Of a stretch of DNA of 64,000 nucleotides, positions 24,701-37,371 are shown in pieces. The first letter of the stretch is position 1. The number at the start of each line of letters is the position of its first letter. The notes beneath the pieces are model-generated. The model searched no databases and was not told the origin of the DNA. It worked only from the letters and a program-made list of their open reading frames with translations. This stretch comes from Squalus acanthias (lineage: Eukaryota): NCBI GenBank assembly GCA_030390025.1, contig JASTWF010000180.1, positions 248,001-312,000 on the forward strand, read 5' to 3'. A program made the translations under genes and the position numbers.

Positions 24701-27700
24701 TGTCTCTGTATCACTGTACTCAGTCACACCTTTATCTCTCTCCCTCTATTGGTGTCTCTCTGTATCACAGTGCTCAGTCACACCATTATCTCTCTCCCTC
24801 TGTTGGTGTCTCTGTATCACTGTACTCAGTCACACCTTTATCTCTCTCCCTCTATTGGTGTCTCTCTGTATCACAGTGCTCCGTCACACCTTTATCTCTC
24901 TCCCTCTGTTGGTGTCTCTCTGTATCACTGTGCTCAGTCACACCTTTATCTCTCTCCCTCTGTTGGTGTCTATCTGTATCACAGTGCTCAGTCACACCAT
25001 TATCTCTCTCCATCTGTTGGTGTCTCTGTATCACTGTGCTCAGTCACACCTTTATCTCTCTCCCTCTGTTGGTGTCACTCTGTATCACTGTACTCAGTCA
25101 CACCTTTATCTCTCTCCCTCTGTTGGTGTCTCTGTATCACTGTGCTCAGTCACACCTTTATCTCTCTCCCTCTATTGGTGTCTCTCTGTATCACTGTGCT
25201 CAGTCACACCATTATCTCTCTCCCTCTGTTGGTGTCTCTGTATCACTGTACTCAGTCACACCTTTATCTCTCTCCCTCTATTGGTGTATCTCTGTATCAC
25301 AGTGCTCAGTCACACCATTATCTCTCTCCCTCTGTTGGTGTCTCTGTATCACTGTACTCAGTCACACCTTTATCTCTCTCCCTCTGTTGGTGTCTCTCTG
25401 TATCACTGTGCTCCGTCACACCTTTATCTCTCTCCCTCTGTTGGTGTCTCTGTATCACTGTGCTCAGTCACACCTTTATCTCTCTGCCTCTGTTGGTGTC
25501 TCTCTGTATCACTGTACTCAGTCACACCTTTATCTCTCTCCCTCTGTTGTTGCCTCTCTGTATCACTGTGCTCAGTCACACCTTTATCTCTCTCCCTCTG
25601 TTGGTGTCACTGTATCACTGTTTTCAGTCACACCTTTATCGCTCTCCCTCTGTTGGTGTCTCTGTATCGCTGTGCTCAGTCACACGTTATCGCTCTCGCT
25701 CTGTTGGTGTGTCTTTGTATCACTGTGCTCAGTCACACCTTTATCTCTCTCCCTCTGTTGGTATCTCTCTGTATCACTGTGCTCAGTCACACCTTTATCT
25801 CTCTCCCTCTGTTGGTATCTCTCTGTATCACTGTACTCAGTCACACCGTTATCTCTCTCCCTTTGTTGGTGTCTCTCTTATCACTGTACTCAGTCACAGT
25901 TTAACTCTCTCTCTCTCTGTTGGTGTCTCTCTGTATCACTGTGCTCAGTCACACCTTTATCTCTCTCCCTCTGTTGGTGTCTCTCTGTAGCACTGTGCTC
26001 ATTCACACCTTTATCTCTCTCCCTCTGTTGGTGTCTCTCTGTATCACTGTGCTCATTCACACCTTTATCTCTCTCCCTCTGTTGGTGTCTCTCTGTATCA
26101 CTGTGCTCAGTCTCACCTTTATCTCTCTCCCTCTGTTGGTGTCACTCTGTAGCACTGTGCTCAATCACACCTTTATCTCACTCCTTCTGTTGGTGTCTCT
26201 CTGTATCACTGTAATCAGTCATGCCTTCATCTCGCGCGCTCTATTGATGTCTCTCTGTATCACTGTACTCAATCACACCTTTATCTCTCTCCCTCTGTTG
26301 GTGTCTCTCTGTATCACTGTGCTCAATCACACCTTTATCTCTCTCCCTCTGTTGGTGTCTCTCTGTATCACTGTGCTCAGTCACACCTTTATCTCTCTCT
26401 CTCTGTTGCTGTCTCTCTGTATCACTGTGGTCAGTCACACCTTTATCTCACTCCCTCTGTTGGTGTCTCACTGTATCACTGTGCTCAGTCACACCATTAT
26501 CTCTCTCCCTCTGTTGGTGTCTCTGTATCACTTTGCTCAGTCACACCTTTATCTCTCTCCCTCTGTTGGTGTCTCTCTGTATCACTGTGCTCCTTCACTC
26601 CTTTATCTCTCTCCCTCTGTTGGTTTCTCTCTGTATCACTGTGTTCAGTCACACCTTTATCTCTCTCTCTCTCTGTTGGTGTCTCTGGAGCACTGTGCAC
26701 AGTCGCACCTTTATCTCTCTCCCTCTGTCGCTGTCTCTCTGTATCACTGTGGTCAGTCACACCTTTATCTCTCTCCCTCTGTTGGTGTCTCTCTGTATCA
26801 CTGTGCTCAGTCACACCTTTATCTCTCTCCCTCTGTTGGTGTCTATCTGTATCACTGTGGTCAGTCACACCTTTATCTCTCTCCATCTGTTGGTGTCTCT
26901 CTGTATCACTGTAATCAGTCATGCCTTCATCTCGCGCGCTCTATTGATGTCTCTCTGTATCACTGTACTCAATCACACCTTTATCTCTCTCCCTCTGTTG
27001 GTGTCTCTCTGTATCACTGTGCTCAATCACACCTTTATCTCTCTCCCTCTGTTGGTGTCTCTCTGTATCACTGTGCTCAGTCACACCTTTATCTCTCTCT
27101 CTCTGTTGCTGTCTCTCTGTATCACTGTGGTCAGTCACACCTTTATCTCACTCCCTCTGTTGGTGTCTCACTGTATCACTGTGCTCAGTCACACCATTAT
27201 CTCTCTCCCTCTGTTGGTGTCTCTGTATCACTTTGCTCAGTCACACCTTTATCTCTCTCCCTCTGTTGGTGTCTCTCTGTATCACTGTGCTCCTTCACTC
27301 CTTTATCTCTCTCCCTCTGTTGGTTTCTCTCTGTATCACTGTGTTCAGTCACACCTTTATCTCTCTCTCTCTCTGTTGGTGTCTCTGGAGCACTGTGCAC
27401 AGTCACACCTTTATCTCTCTCCCTCTGTTGGTGTCTCTCTGTATCACTGTGCTCAGTCACACCTTTATCTCTCTCCCTCTGTTGGTGTCTATCTGTATCA
27501 CTGTGGTCAGTCACACCTTTATCTCTCTCCATCTGTTGGTGTCTCTGTATCACTGTATTCAGTCACTCCTTTATCTCTCTCTCTCTGTTGGTGTCTCTGT
27601 ATCGCTGTGCTCAGTCACACCTTTATCTCTCTCCCTCTGTTGGTGTCTATCTGTATCACTGTGCTCAGTCACACCTTTATCTCTCTCCCTCTGTTGCTGT

Positions 27701-29640
27701 CTCTCTGTATCACTGTGGTCAGTCACACCTTTATCTCTCTCCATCTGTTGGTGTCTCTGTATCACTGTATTCAGTCACACCTTTATCTCACACCTTTATC
27801 TCTCTCCCTCTGTTGGTGTCTCTCTGTATCACTGTACTCAGTCACACCTTTATCTCTCTCCCTCTGTTGGTGCCTCTCTGTATCACTGTGCTCAGTCACA
27901 CCTTTATCTCTCTCCCTCTGTTGGTGTCTCTGTATCACTGTTTTCAGTCACACCTTTATCGCTCTCCCTCTGTTGGTGTCTCTGTATCGCTGTGCTCAGT
28001 CACACGTTATCGCTCTCGCTCTGTTGGTGTCTCTTTGTATCACTGTGCTCAGTCACACATTTATCTCTCTCCCTCTGTTGGTGTCTCTCTGTATCACTGT
28101 GCTCAGTCACACCTTTATCTCTCTCCCTCTGTTGGTGTCTCTGTATCACTGTGCTCAGTCACACCTTTATCTCTCTCTCTCTGTTGGTGTCTCTGTATCA
28201 CTGTGCTCAGTCACACCTTTATCTCACTCCCTCTGTTGGTGTCTCTCTGTATCACTGTGCTCAGTCACACCATTATCTCTCTCCCTTTGTTGGTGTCTCT
28301 CTTATCACTGTACTCAGTCACACCTTTAACTCTCTCTCTCTCTGTTGGTGTCTCTCTGTATCACTGTGCTCAGTCACACCTTTATCTCTCTCCCTTTGTT
28401 GGTGTCTCTCTTATCACTGTACTCAGTCACACCTTTAACTCTCTCTCTCTCTGTTGGTGTCTCTCTGTATCACTGTGCTCAGTCACACCTTTATCTCTCT
28501 CCCTCTGTTGGTGTCTCTCTCTATCACTGTACTCAGTCACATCTTTATCTCTCTCCCTCTTTTGGTGTCTCTCTGTACCACTGTGCTCATTCACACCTTT
28601 ATCTCTCTCTCTCTGTTGGTGTCTCTCTGTATCACTGTGCTCAGTCGCACCTTTATCTCTCTCCCTCTGTTGGTGTCTCTCTGTATCACCGTGCTCAGTC
28701 ACACATTTATCTCTCTCCCTTTGTTGGTGTCTCTCTTATCACTGTACTCAATCACACCTTTAACTCTCTCTCTCTCCCTCTGTTGGTGTCTCTCTGTATC
28801 ACTGTACTCAATCACACCTTTAACTCTCTCTCTCTCTCTCTGTTGGTGTCTTTCTGTATCACTGTGCTCAGTCACACCTTTATCTCTCTCCCTCTGTTGG
28901 TGTCTCTCTGTATCACTGTGCTCAGTCTCACCTTTATCTCTCTCCCTCTGTTGGTGTCACTCTGTAGCACTGTGCTCAGTCACAGCTTTATCTTTCTCCC
29001 TCTGTTGGTGTCTCTCTGTATCACTGTGCTCAGTAGCACCTTTATCTCTCTCCCTCTGTTGGTGTCACTCTGTAGCACTGTGCTCAATCACACCTTTATC
29101 TCTCTCCCTCTGTTGTTGTCTCTCTGTATCACTGTGCTCAGTCTCACCTTCATCTCACTCCCTCTGTTGGTGTCTCTGTATCAGTGTGCTCAATCACACC
29201 TTTATCTTACTCCCTCTGTTGGTGTCTCTGTATCACTGTGCTCAGTCACACCTTTATCTTTCTCCCTCTGTTGGTGTCTCTCTGTATCACTGTGCTGAGT
29301 CATACCTTTATCTCTCTCCCTCTGTTGGTGTCTCTCTGTATCACTGTGCTCCTTCACTCCTTTATCTCTCTCCCTCTGTTGGTTTCTGTCTGTATCACTG
29401 TGCTCAGTCACACCTTTATCTCTCTCTCTCTCTGTTGGTGTCTCTGTATCACTGTGCACAGTCACACGTTTAGTTCTCTCCCTCTGTGTGTCTCTCTGTA
29501 TCACTGTGCTCAGTCACAGCTTTATCTCTCTCCCTCTGTTGGTGTCTCTCTGTATCACTGTGCTCAGTCACACCTTTATCTGTCTCCCTCTGTTGGTGTG
29601 TCTTTGCATTACTGTACTCAGTCATAGCTTCATCTGTCTG
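21749..29640. repeat. ~7.9 kb minisatellite, 54-bp unit (52-bp variants), about 145 copies
   Basis: Unit CACCTTTATCTCTCTCCCTCTGTTGGTGTCTCTCTGTATCACTGTGCTCAGTCA; internal 700-bp higher-order duplication (26241/26941). Confidence 0.98.
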
Positions 29641-30544
29641 CCACTGTTCTGTGTATCTCTTTATCAATCAGACTATCCCCAAATCATGTCCTCTAGAAGT
29701 GCCAGTGATATTCTGAAATGTTACATTCCCGTATTTAATATCCACCTGGATATAGTGACATTATCCTATAGATCTAACTACCAATTCAATGTGGAAAATT
29801 ACATTAACCACTTGGGCATAAAAATAACTGACGCAAGTAAGGACATCATACAAAGTAATAAAATGGCAGCAGTTTTCGTAATAATAACAACAGCAATAAT
29901 AACAATATTAATAACAAAAACTTACAGCAATAGTAATAATAATCTAGTGTAAGCATGCAGCAATGTTCGCTCATACATTGAGAATTCATGTTTCGCAGAC
30001 TGGCTTCCAGTTCTCTCCTGTTGCCAATAGATGGCGCTCCAGCACCGTGTTTGAGTTTCCACTGCTCCATATCGTGGGTTTGGCATTTGTTACGCGGGTC
30101 GGCGATTCCTCTCAATGAAACTGCGCATGTTCATCACACCATTGCATGTTGGTCCCTTCCTGTACGTCAGACCAACGAGGGATGGGCTTTCTGACTCGGC
30201 TCGGAGACGGTATGAAAACTGTGGGTTTCTTCTTTAAACTTGTTGTTCATTCCCAGCACACAGAGCCGGAGATTCAGGAACAGCTCGGCCCATCGGTGAT
30301 CTCCGGGACACCGCTCTGTGCAAATGAACTCGATCGCTGAAAAATAATTAAGCCCAGCTCTGAGGTACTGTCACCCTGAGCAGTTAGGGCTGCAGTCTCC
30401 TGCATACAGTGTCTGTGACAGGTGACACGACGTTGCGATACACACAGGTACAGGAGTGTAGTGTTTATGGGAGTAGAGTAGCAACGCTGATCTAACGAGT
30501 TTTCATCCCACGTTGGCAAGTTAGAACGTTGAGTTCAATGAATC

Positions 30545-31000
30545 AGATAAGACTTGCATTTATATAGCAACTTTCACGACCTCAGGTCGTCCTAAATCGC
30601 TTTACAGCCACTTTTTGAAGTATAGTTACTGTTGTAATGCAGGAAATTCGACAGCCAAAATGTGCACAGCAAGATCCCAGAAACAGCAATGTTCTAATGA
30701 CCAGATAATCTGGTTTAGTGATGTTGATTGAGGGATAAATATTGCCTCCAGCGAGACCTCTCCTCCTCTTCTTCGAAATAGTGGCCGTGCGATCTGTTCC
30801 GTCTACATTGAGGGGGCAGAGCGGGCCTGGGCTCAACGCCCCATCTGAAGGATGGCACCTCCGACAGTGCAGCACCCACTCAGTACTGCATTGGAGTGCC
30901 AGCTTAGCATTTTTGTGCTGAAGTCTCTGGAGTGGAACACCACAAGTGAACTCACAAACATTCTGACTCAGAGGCGAGGGTGCTACCCGCTGAGCCACGG
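30545..31000 (-). mobile_element. DeuSINE-like SINE (SacSINE1/AmnSINE group)
   Basis: AAGACTTGCATTTATATAGC..TTTCACGACCTCAGG.. tail and tRNA-like head; related pieces at ~17990-18280, 49720-49825 and 55635-55915. Confidence 0.65.
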
Positions 31001-31059
31001 CTGATACTGACATTTTGGGGAGGTGGGGTGGGGGGGGGATCTGAGAGCACTAAGGTAGT

Positions 31060-34000
31060 GTAGGAGTCCCCTGAGCCCAAACTGCTCACCAACCAGTATT
31101 CGGTGCTGAGTGGGGGCGATGTTTCCTCTGGGGAGTGCAGCCAGAGCAAGTCCACAGCACCATGGAAGGCTCATCTGCACAGAGGAGGTGGGGTGGGGGT
31201 GGGAGGGGGGGTGCTGGCTAAGAGGAGAGGGAGAGCAATAGTGATAGGGGATTCAATAGTTAGGGGAGCAGACAGCCGTTTCTGCGGCCGCAGACGTGAC
31301 TCCACGATGCTATGTTACCTCCCTGGTTCCAGGGTCAAGGTTGTCACTGAACGGCTACAGGGAATTCTGCGAGGGGGAGGGTGAACAGCCAGAGGTCGTG
31401 GTCCATATCGGTACCAACGACATAGGTAGAAAGAGGGATGAGGTCCTGTAGGCAGAGTTTAGGGAGCTAGGAAAGAGGTTAAAAAGCAGGACCTCAAAGG
31501 TAGTAATCTCAGGATTACCCCAGTAACAGGCGCTAGTGAGTACAGGCATAGGAAGATGGAGCAAATGAAAGCGTGGCTGCAGATATGGTGTAGGAGGGAA
31601 GGCTTCAGATTCATGAGGATTTGGAACCGTTTCTGGGGGAGATGGGACCTCTATAAGCCAGATGGTTTGCACCTCAACGGGAACGGGATCAATATCCTCG
31701 CGGGAGGGTTTGCTAGTGCTGTTGGGGAGGGTTTAAACTAGTTTGGCAGGGGGATGGGAACCTAAGAGTAGAGTCAGTAGGGAGGGAAGTCAAACTGGAA
31801 TTGGAAAACAAAAAACGTAGAAAGTAACTTGGAAGGACAGAGGAATCAAGGGCTAGATAGTAGTCAACAAGGAGGTTTGCTTGTACTAAATGGTATATAC
31901 TTCAATGCAAGGAGCATAGCGAATAAGGCAGATGAGCTGAGGGCACAAGTAGATACTTGGGACTATGATATTATAGCTATTACAGAGACGTGGCTGAAAG
32001 AGGGGCAGGTATGGCAGCTCAACATCCCTGGTTACAGGATTTTCAGACGTGATAGAGAGGGAGGTAAAAAGGGAGGGGGTCGCGGTATTGATTAAATAAA
32101 CTATTACAGCTGATATGTTGGAGGGATCATCAAACGAGGCCATATGGGTCGAATTCAAAAACAAAAAAGGGGCGATCACACTGCTGGGAGTGTACTACAG
32201 ACCCCCAAACAGTGAGAGGAAGATAGAAGAGCAAATATGTCGACACATTTCTGAGAAGTGCAAAAACTTCAGGGGAGTAATAGTAAGGGATTTCAGCTAC
32301 CCCAATATTAACTGGGATAAAATTCGTGTGAAGGGTATAGAGGGTGCAGAATTCCTAAAATGCATCCAGGAGAACTTTTTTTAGCCAGTATGTAGCAAGC
32401 CCAACAAGAGAGGGGGCGGTTCTGGACTTAGTTTTGTGAATGAAGCTGGGCAGGTAGAAGGCTTATCAGTGGGGAACCATTTTGGTGCTAGAGACCATAA
32501 TTCAGTTGGAAGTAAGGTAGTTATGGAAAAGGACAAGGATAGACCGGGAATAAAAATTCTAAAATGGGGAAAAGCAAATTTTGCTAAGCTCAGAGGGGAT
32601 TTAGCCACAGTGGACTGGAAACAGCTACTTGAAGGTTAATCAGTGTCAGAGCAGTGGGAGGCATTCAAGGAGGAGATCCGGCGGGTTCAGAACAAATATG
32701 TGCCCTTAAAGAAAAAAGGTGGGACTAACAAATCTAGAGCCCCCTGGATGTCTAGTGACATACAGGGTACGATAAATAAAAAAGGGAGGCGTATGACAGA
32801 TACCGAGGGCTAAATACTCCAGAATCTTTAGAGCAGTGCAGAAAGTGCAGGGGTGCAATTAAAAAGGATATTAGGAAAGCAAAGAGAGAGCATGAAAAAT
32901 TCTTGGCAAGAAAAATCAAGGAAAACCCAAAGATGTTTTATAAATATATTAAGAGGAAGAGGATAACTAAAGAAAGGGTAGGACCTATTAGAGATCATGA
33001 GGGTAATCTGTGTCTGGAGGCGGGAGACGTCGGTAGGGTTCTTAATGAATACTTTGCGTCTGTTTTCACAAAGGAGAGGGGCGAAACAGACATTGCTATC
33101 AGGGAGGAGGAAAGTGAAATATTAGATGAAATAAACATAGTCAGAGAGGAAGTATTAAGGGCTTTAGCAGCTGCAGAAGTGGATAAATCCCCAGCCGCGG
33201 ATGAAACGTATCCCAGGCTGTTAAGCGAAGCACAAGAGGAAATAGCAGAGGCCCTGACCATCATTTTCAAATCATCTCTGGCTTCAGGTGTGGTGCCGGA
33301 GGGCTGGAGGACTGCTAATGTGGTACCCTTGTTTAAAAAGGGAGGTAAGGATAGACCGAGTAATTACAGGCCACTCAGCCGAACCTCGGTGGTGGGTAAA
33401 TTATTGGAAAGAATTCTGAAGGACAGGATAAATCTTCATTTAGAAAGATACGGATTAATCAAGGATAGTCAACACGGATTTGTTAAGGAAAGTGACCTGA
33501 CGAAAGGTCTTCGACCTGAAACGTTAACGCTGTTTCTCTCTCCACGGATGCTGCCTGGCCTGCTGAGTTTTTTCCAGCGTTTTCTGTTGTTATTTCGGAT
33601 TTCCATCACCCGCAGTATTTTGCTATTATGTTATTTGTTAAGGGAAGGTCGTGTCTGACAAACTTGATTGAATTTTTTGAGGAGGTAACAAGGAGGGTAG
33701 CAGAAGATAGTGCGTTTGATGTAGTGTATATGAACTTTAGCAAGGCTTTTGATAAGGTTTCACATGGCTGACTGGTCACGAAGTTAAAAGCCCGTGGGAT
33801 CCAGGGCAAAGTGTCAAGTTGGATCCAAAACTGGCTCGGAGGCAGGAAGCAGAGGGTAATGGTTGATGGGTGGTTTTGTGATTGGAATGCTGTTTCCAGT
33901 GGGGTTCCGCAGGGCTCAGTACTGGGTTCCTGCTTTTTGTGGTATATATCAATGATCTAGACTTGAATATAGGGGGTATGATTAAGAAGTTTGCAGACGA

Positions 34001-34915
34001 TACTAAAATCGGCTGTGTGGTTGATACTGAAGAAGGAAGCTGTAGACTGAAGGAAGATATCAATAAATTGATCAAATGGGCGGAACAATGGCAAATGGAA
34101 TTCAATCCGGAGAAATGCGAGGCAATGCATTTGGGGAGGGATAACAAGGAAAGGAAATACACATTAATTGGTAGCACACTGAGTAGTGTAGAGGAACAAA
34201 GGGACCTTGGAGTGCATGTCCACAGATCCCTGAAGATAGCAGGACAGGTAGAAAAGGTGGTTAAGAAGGCATACGGAATGCTTGCCTTTATTAGCCGTAG
34301 CATAGAATACAAGAGCAGGGGGGTTATGCTTCAAATGTATAAAACACTAGTTAGGCCCCTGCTAGAGTACTGCGTGCAGTTCTGGTCACCACATTACAGG
34401 AAGGATGCGATTGCACTAGAGAGGGTACAGAGGAGATTTACACGGATGTTGCCGGGAGTAGAGAATCTTAGCTATGAGGAAAGACTGGATAGGCTGGGTT
34501 TGTTTTCCTTGGAACAGAGGAGGCTGAGGGGAGACCTTATTAAGGTGTATAAAATTATGAGGGGCATAGATAAAGTGGATAGAAAGGACCTATTTCCCTT
34601 AGCAGAGGGGTCAAAAACCAGGGAGCACAGATTTAAAGTAATTGGTGGAATGTTTAGAGGGGATTTGAGGGAAAATGTCTTCACCCAGAGGGTTGTGGGG
34701 GTCTGGAACTCACTGCCTGAAAGGGTGGTAGAGGCAGAAACCCTCACCACATTTAAAAAGTACTTGGATGTGCACTTGGGATGCTCTAACCTGCAGGGCT
34801 ACGGACCAAGAGCTGGGAAGTGGGATTTGGCTGGATAGCTCTTTGTTGACCGGCGCGGACACGATGGGACGAAATGTCCTGCTTCCGTGCTGTAACTTTC
34901 TATGAATTCTATGAC
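31060..34915 (+). mobile_element. Near full-length CR1 LINE: ORF1 SGNH esterase, ORF2 APE endonuclease + RT, inactivated by stops and frameshifts
   Basis: ORF1 VIGDSIVRG, HIGTND, DGLHLN; ORF2 YFNARSIANKADEL, ITETWL, YYRPPN, KFADDTK, RPLLEYCVQFWSP; (TTCTATGA)n tail. Confidence 0.95.
33493..33632 (+). mobile_element. Penelope-derived hammerhead-bearing insert inside CR1 ORF2
   Basis: CTGACGA-A-AGGTC-TTC-GACCT-GAAA-CGTT-AAC; flanked by duplicated ATTTGTTAAGG (33478 and 33633), splitting QHGFVKG/RSCLTN. Confidence 0.8.
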
Positions 34916-35075
34916 TAAGTTTAACTAACATCGTGCATAACAAGCCACGAGACTTTGCCTTTAAGTTTGTGGTTGGGCGGAAGCGTAACGACTGCACTTC
35001 CTCTTCGGGGATGTTCCTCGCTACAAAGTCGAGCGCCGCCGCTTATTTCATGGCCAGAACCCCTTGAATTATAAC

Positions 35076-35891
35076 ATGAGGATCGAGATCCGAATAAGGT
35101 TAATCCTCTTCAATCTGCCAATATTCTTCTCAGGTGGGTTACACTTTAGATTTTTGCAGATTAACTTTCAAGTAATCCCTTTACACCTCCTTATTTAGTT
35201 GTTGGACTTTGACGAGGGAAACAACCCGTCAGTAGCTTTAGTAATGGGAAAGCAAAACTAGGGGTCATAAATATAAGATAGTCACAAATAAATCCATTGA
35301 GGAATTCAGAAGAAACCTCTTTAGTGAGAGAATGTTTAGAATGTGGAACTCGCTACCACATGGAGTGGTTGAGGCGAATAGCGCAGATGTCCTTCAGGGG
35401 AAGGTTGATAACTGCACGAGGGAGAAAGGAATAGCCGGCTATGTTGATAGTGTGTATAATTAAATTGGGAGCCTAAACACCAGTATAGACCTGTTGGGCG
35501 GAATGGCCAGTATCTGCGCTGTAAAATGCAATGTGATTCTATGTAGCTAAACGCACGTACTGTTGTTTATTCCCATCCTTTGGCCCCTGGGTTTGATTAT
35601 ATGTCGCAGATGTCCCAGCCAAAGACGAGATATCCCAGTCTCCGCCGACGCTGGTCGCTATGGAAGGGTCCTCGATAACAATGAACTGCAGCACCAGCAT
35701 TCTGCTCAGCTTCACGCAATGGTACCGGCGCTACCCCGGCCGCAATCCGCAACTGGTGGCGACCGCGCTGGACGGCGATGTCAAGCCGGGGAGAATTTGG
35801 GCGACTCTGAATCGAGCCCAGAAGTACAGCGGTCTGACCGTCGGAGAGGTCGCGACAACGGACGCCGCCACCTACTTGTGTGCGGTGATCG
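35076..35891 (+). CDS. TRAV/DV: TCR alpha-like V segment V5, apparently functional (exons 35076-35133 and 35610-35891)
   Basis: Leader MRIEIRIRLILFNLPIFFS + GTGGGT; open exon DVPAKDEISQSPPTLVAMEGSSITMNCSTSILLSFTQWYRRYPGRNPQLVATALDGDVKPGRIWATLNRAQKYSGLTVGEVATTDAATYLCAVI; CR1 fragment in the intron. Confidence 0.88.
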
Positions 35892-35930
35892 CACCGTGTT
35901 GCAATCCAACGAGGGGCCAGTACAAAAACC
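35892..35930 (+). other. 23-RSS of V5
   Basis: CACCGTG + 23 bp + ACAAAAACC. Confidence 0.95.
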
Positions 35931-36259
35931 GGGGCAGACAAGGGCAATACCGACTGCTTACCGATCTCAACTCAAACGACTTCACAACCACAACATGCCC
36001 TGTCTGTAAAACACACTGACGGTGAACTGGGAGGCGGATGGCTGGAGTTCCTGTGTGTAGGGACATTGTAAAGCGATTAACGTGTAATTAATTAACCATG
36101 TCAATACCCATATTGACTGGAGTAATTCTGTCCCCTACATGGAGGGACCAATATTCTATTATCTCAATGGCGCTGATGTAGATTAATCTATCTTTTTTTG
36201 TTCATGGCCCACTTTCATTCCCTTCCGTGTAATTTTTGTTTCAATATCAATTTTGAAAG

Positions 36260-36915
36260 AGCGGTCCAATTAGGACCACTCCCCTGCTCTTACCCTAGCC
36301 CTGAAAAATGTTATAAGTACAGATCCAACTCCCTTTTGAAAGTTACTATTGAGTTTGCCTCCTCCACCCTCAAAGTCAGTGCATCCCAGATCATAACAGC
36401 TCGCTGCTTTAAAAGAAAATCTGCTCGTCTCCCCTCTGGTTCAATGCCAATTTTCTCAAGTGTGTCTCCTCTGGTTACCGACCCTTCTGCCAATGGAAAC
36501 CGTTGCTCCTTCTTTACTCTACGATCAAAAACCCCTCACATATTTGCGTTTGTCACTCAGGGAACGTTTATTCTTAAACATTCACCACCGGCGCACCGTG
36601 GCTGCAGTGTGTACCATCTACAAGATGCACTGCAGCAACTCGCCAAGGCTTCTTGGACAGCACCTCCCAAACCCGCGACCTCTACCACCTAGAAAGACAA
36701 GGGCAGCAGGCGCAGGGGAACACCTGCACCTCCAAGTGCCGTCCCTTCATCGTCGCTGGGGCAAAATCCTGGAACTCCCTCCCTAACACCACTGTGGGTA
36801 TACCTTGATCACACGGCAGGGCAGCGGTTCCAGAAGAAGACGTCTTCAGGGCAATTAGAGACGGGCAATTACTACCGGCCTTGCCTGCGACGCCCACATC
36901 CCGATAATCGATTAA
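36260..36915. mobile_element. CR1 fragment (-) followed by a 3' fragment of the second LINE family (+)
   Basis: KQRAVMIWDAL..FKRELD on minus; TVAAVCTIYKMHCSNSPRLL on plus. Confidence 0.8.
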
Positions 36916-37025
36916 GACAATGCGATCACGCTTTTGATGTGCGCGAGATTGTCTCTCCGCCTGTTGGGATTTATTATTCACGGTGTCTCCACTTTATCTG
37001 GCTGTTTTTCCTCTGTGTCCTTTAG

Positions 37026-37332
37026 ACAACGTTCCTGGATCGATCACTCACCAGCCAAAGGCAGAGGTGAACGTTCAAGAGGGAGAGATCGCGACCATAA
37101 CCTGCTCCTATACAGGGGGGAGGAGCGTTTGCCTATACTGGTACCGGGAGGGCCGGTCCGAGGGGCCGGAGTATATCCTCATCCGCTGTACCGACGGGTT
37201 CAGCGACAATGCGGCGTTTGCAAGGCAGCGCTTCAGCTCATCTTTGGCCAAAACATACAAAGCCGTCAGTTTAACGGTTTCACAGGTGACAGCTGCGGAT
37301 TCCAGGAAGTACTTCTGTGTTTTAACACCGCA
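37026..37332 (+). CDS. TRAV/DV: TCR delta/alpha-type V exon V6 with two non-canonical cysteines; leader uncertain
   Basis: Acceptor at 37024-37025; open exon DNVPGSITHQPKAEVNVQEGEIATITCSYTGGRSVCLYWYREGRSEGPEYILIRCTDGFSDNAAFARQRFSSSLAKTYKAVSLTVSQVTAADSRKYFCVLTP; candidate leader 36937-36982 would need a 43-nt intron. Confidence 0.88.
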
Positions 37333-37371
37333 CACAGCGGTGTACTCAGGGCAAGAGCCTATACATAAACT
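37333..37371 (+). other. 23-RSS of V6
   Basis: CACAGCG + 23 bp + ACATAAACT. Confidence 0.92.

Noticed and set aside
21669-29716. Very long ORFs (up to 947 aa) rich in S/L/C/V/H
   Set aside because: They are translations of the stop-poor 54-bp satellite, open in several frames at once
35931-37025. NARTCR-style V-D-J-supporting V cassette between V5 and V6
   Set aside because: V5 is not NAR-like, and I found no D or J with RSS in the interval, which is mostly LINE sequence
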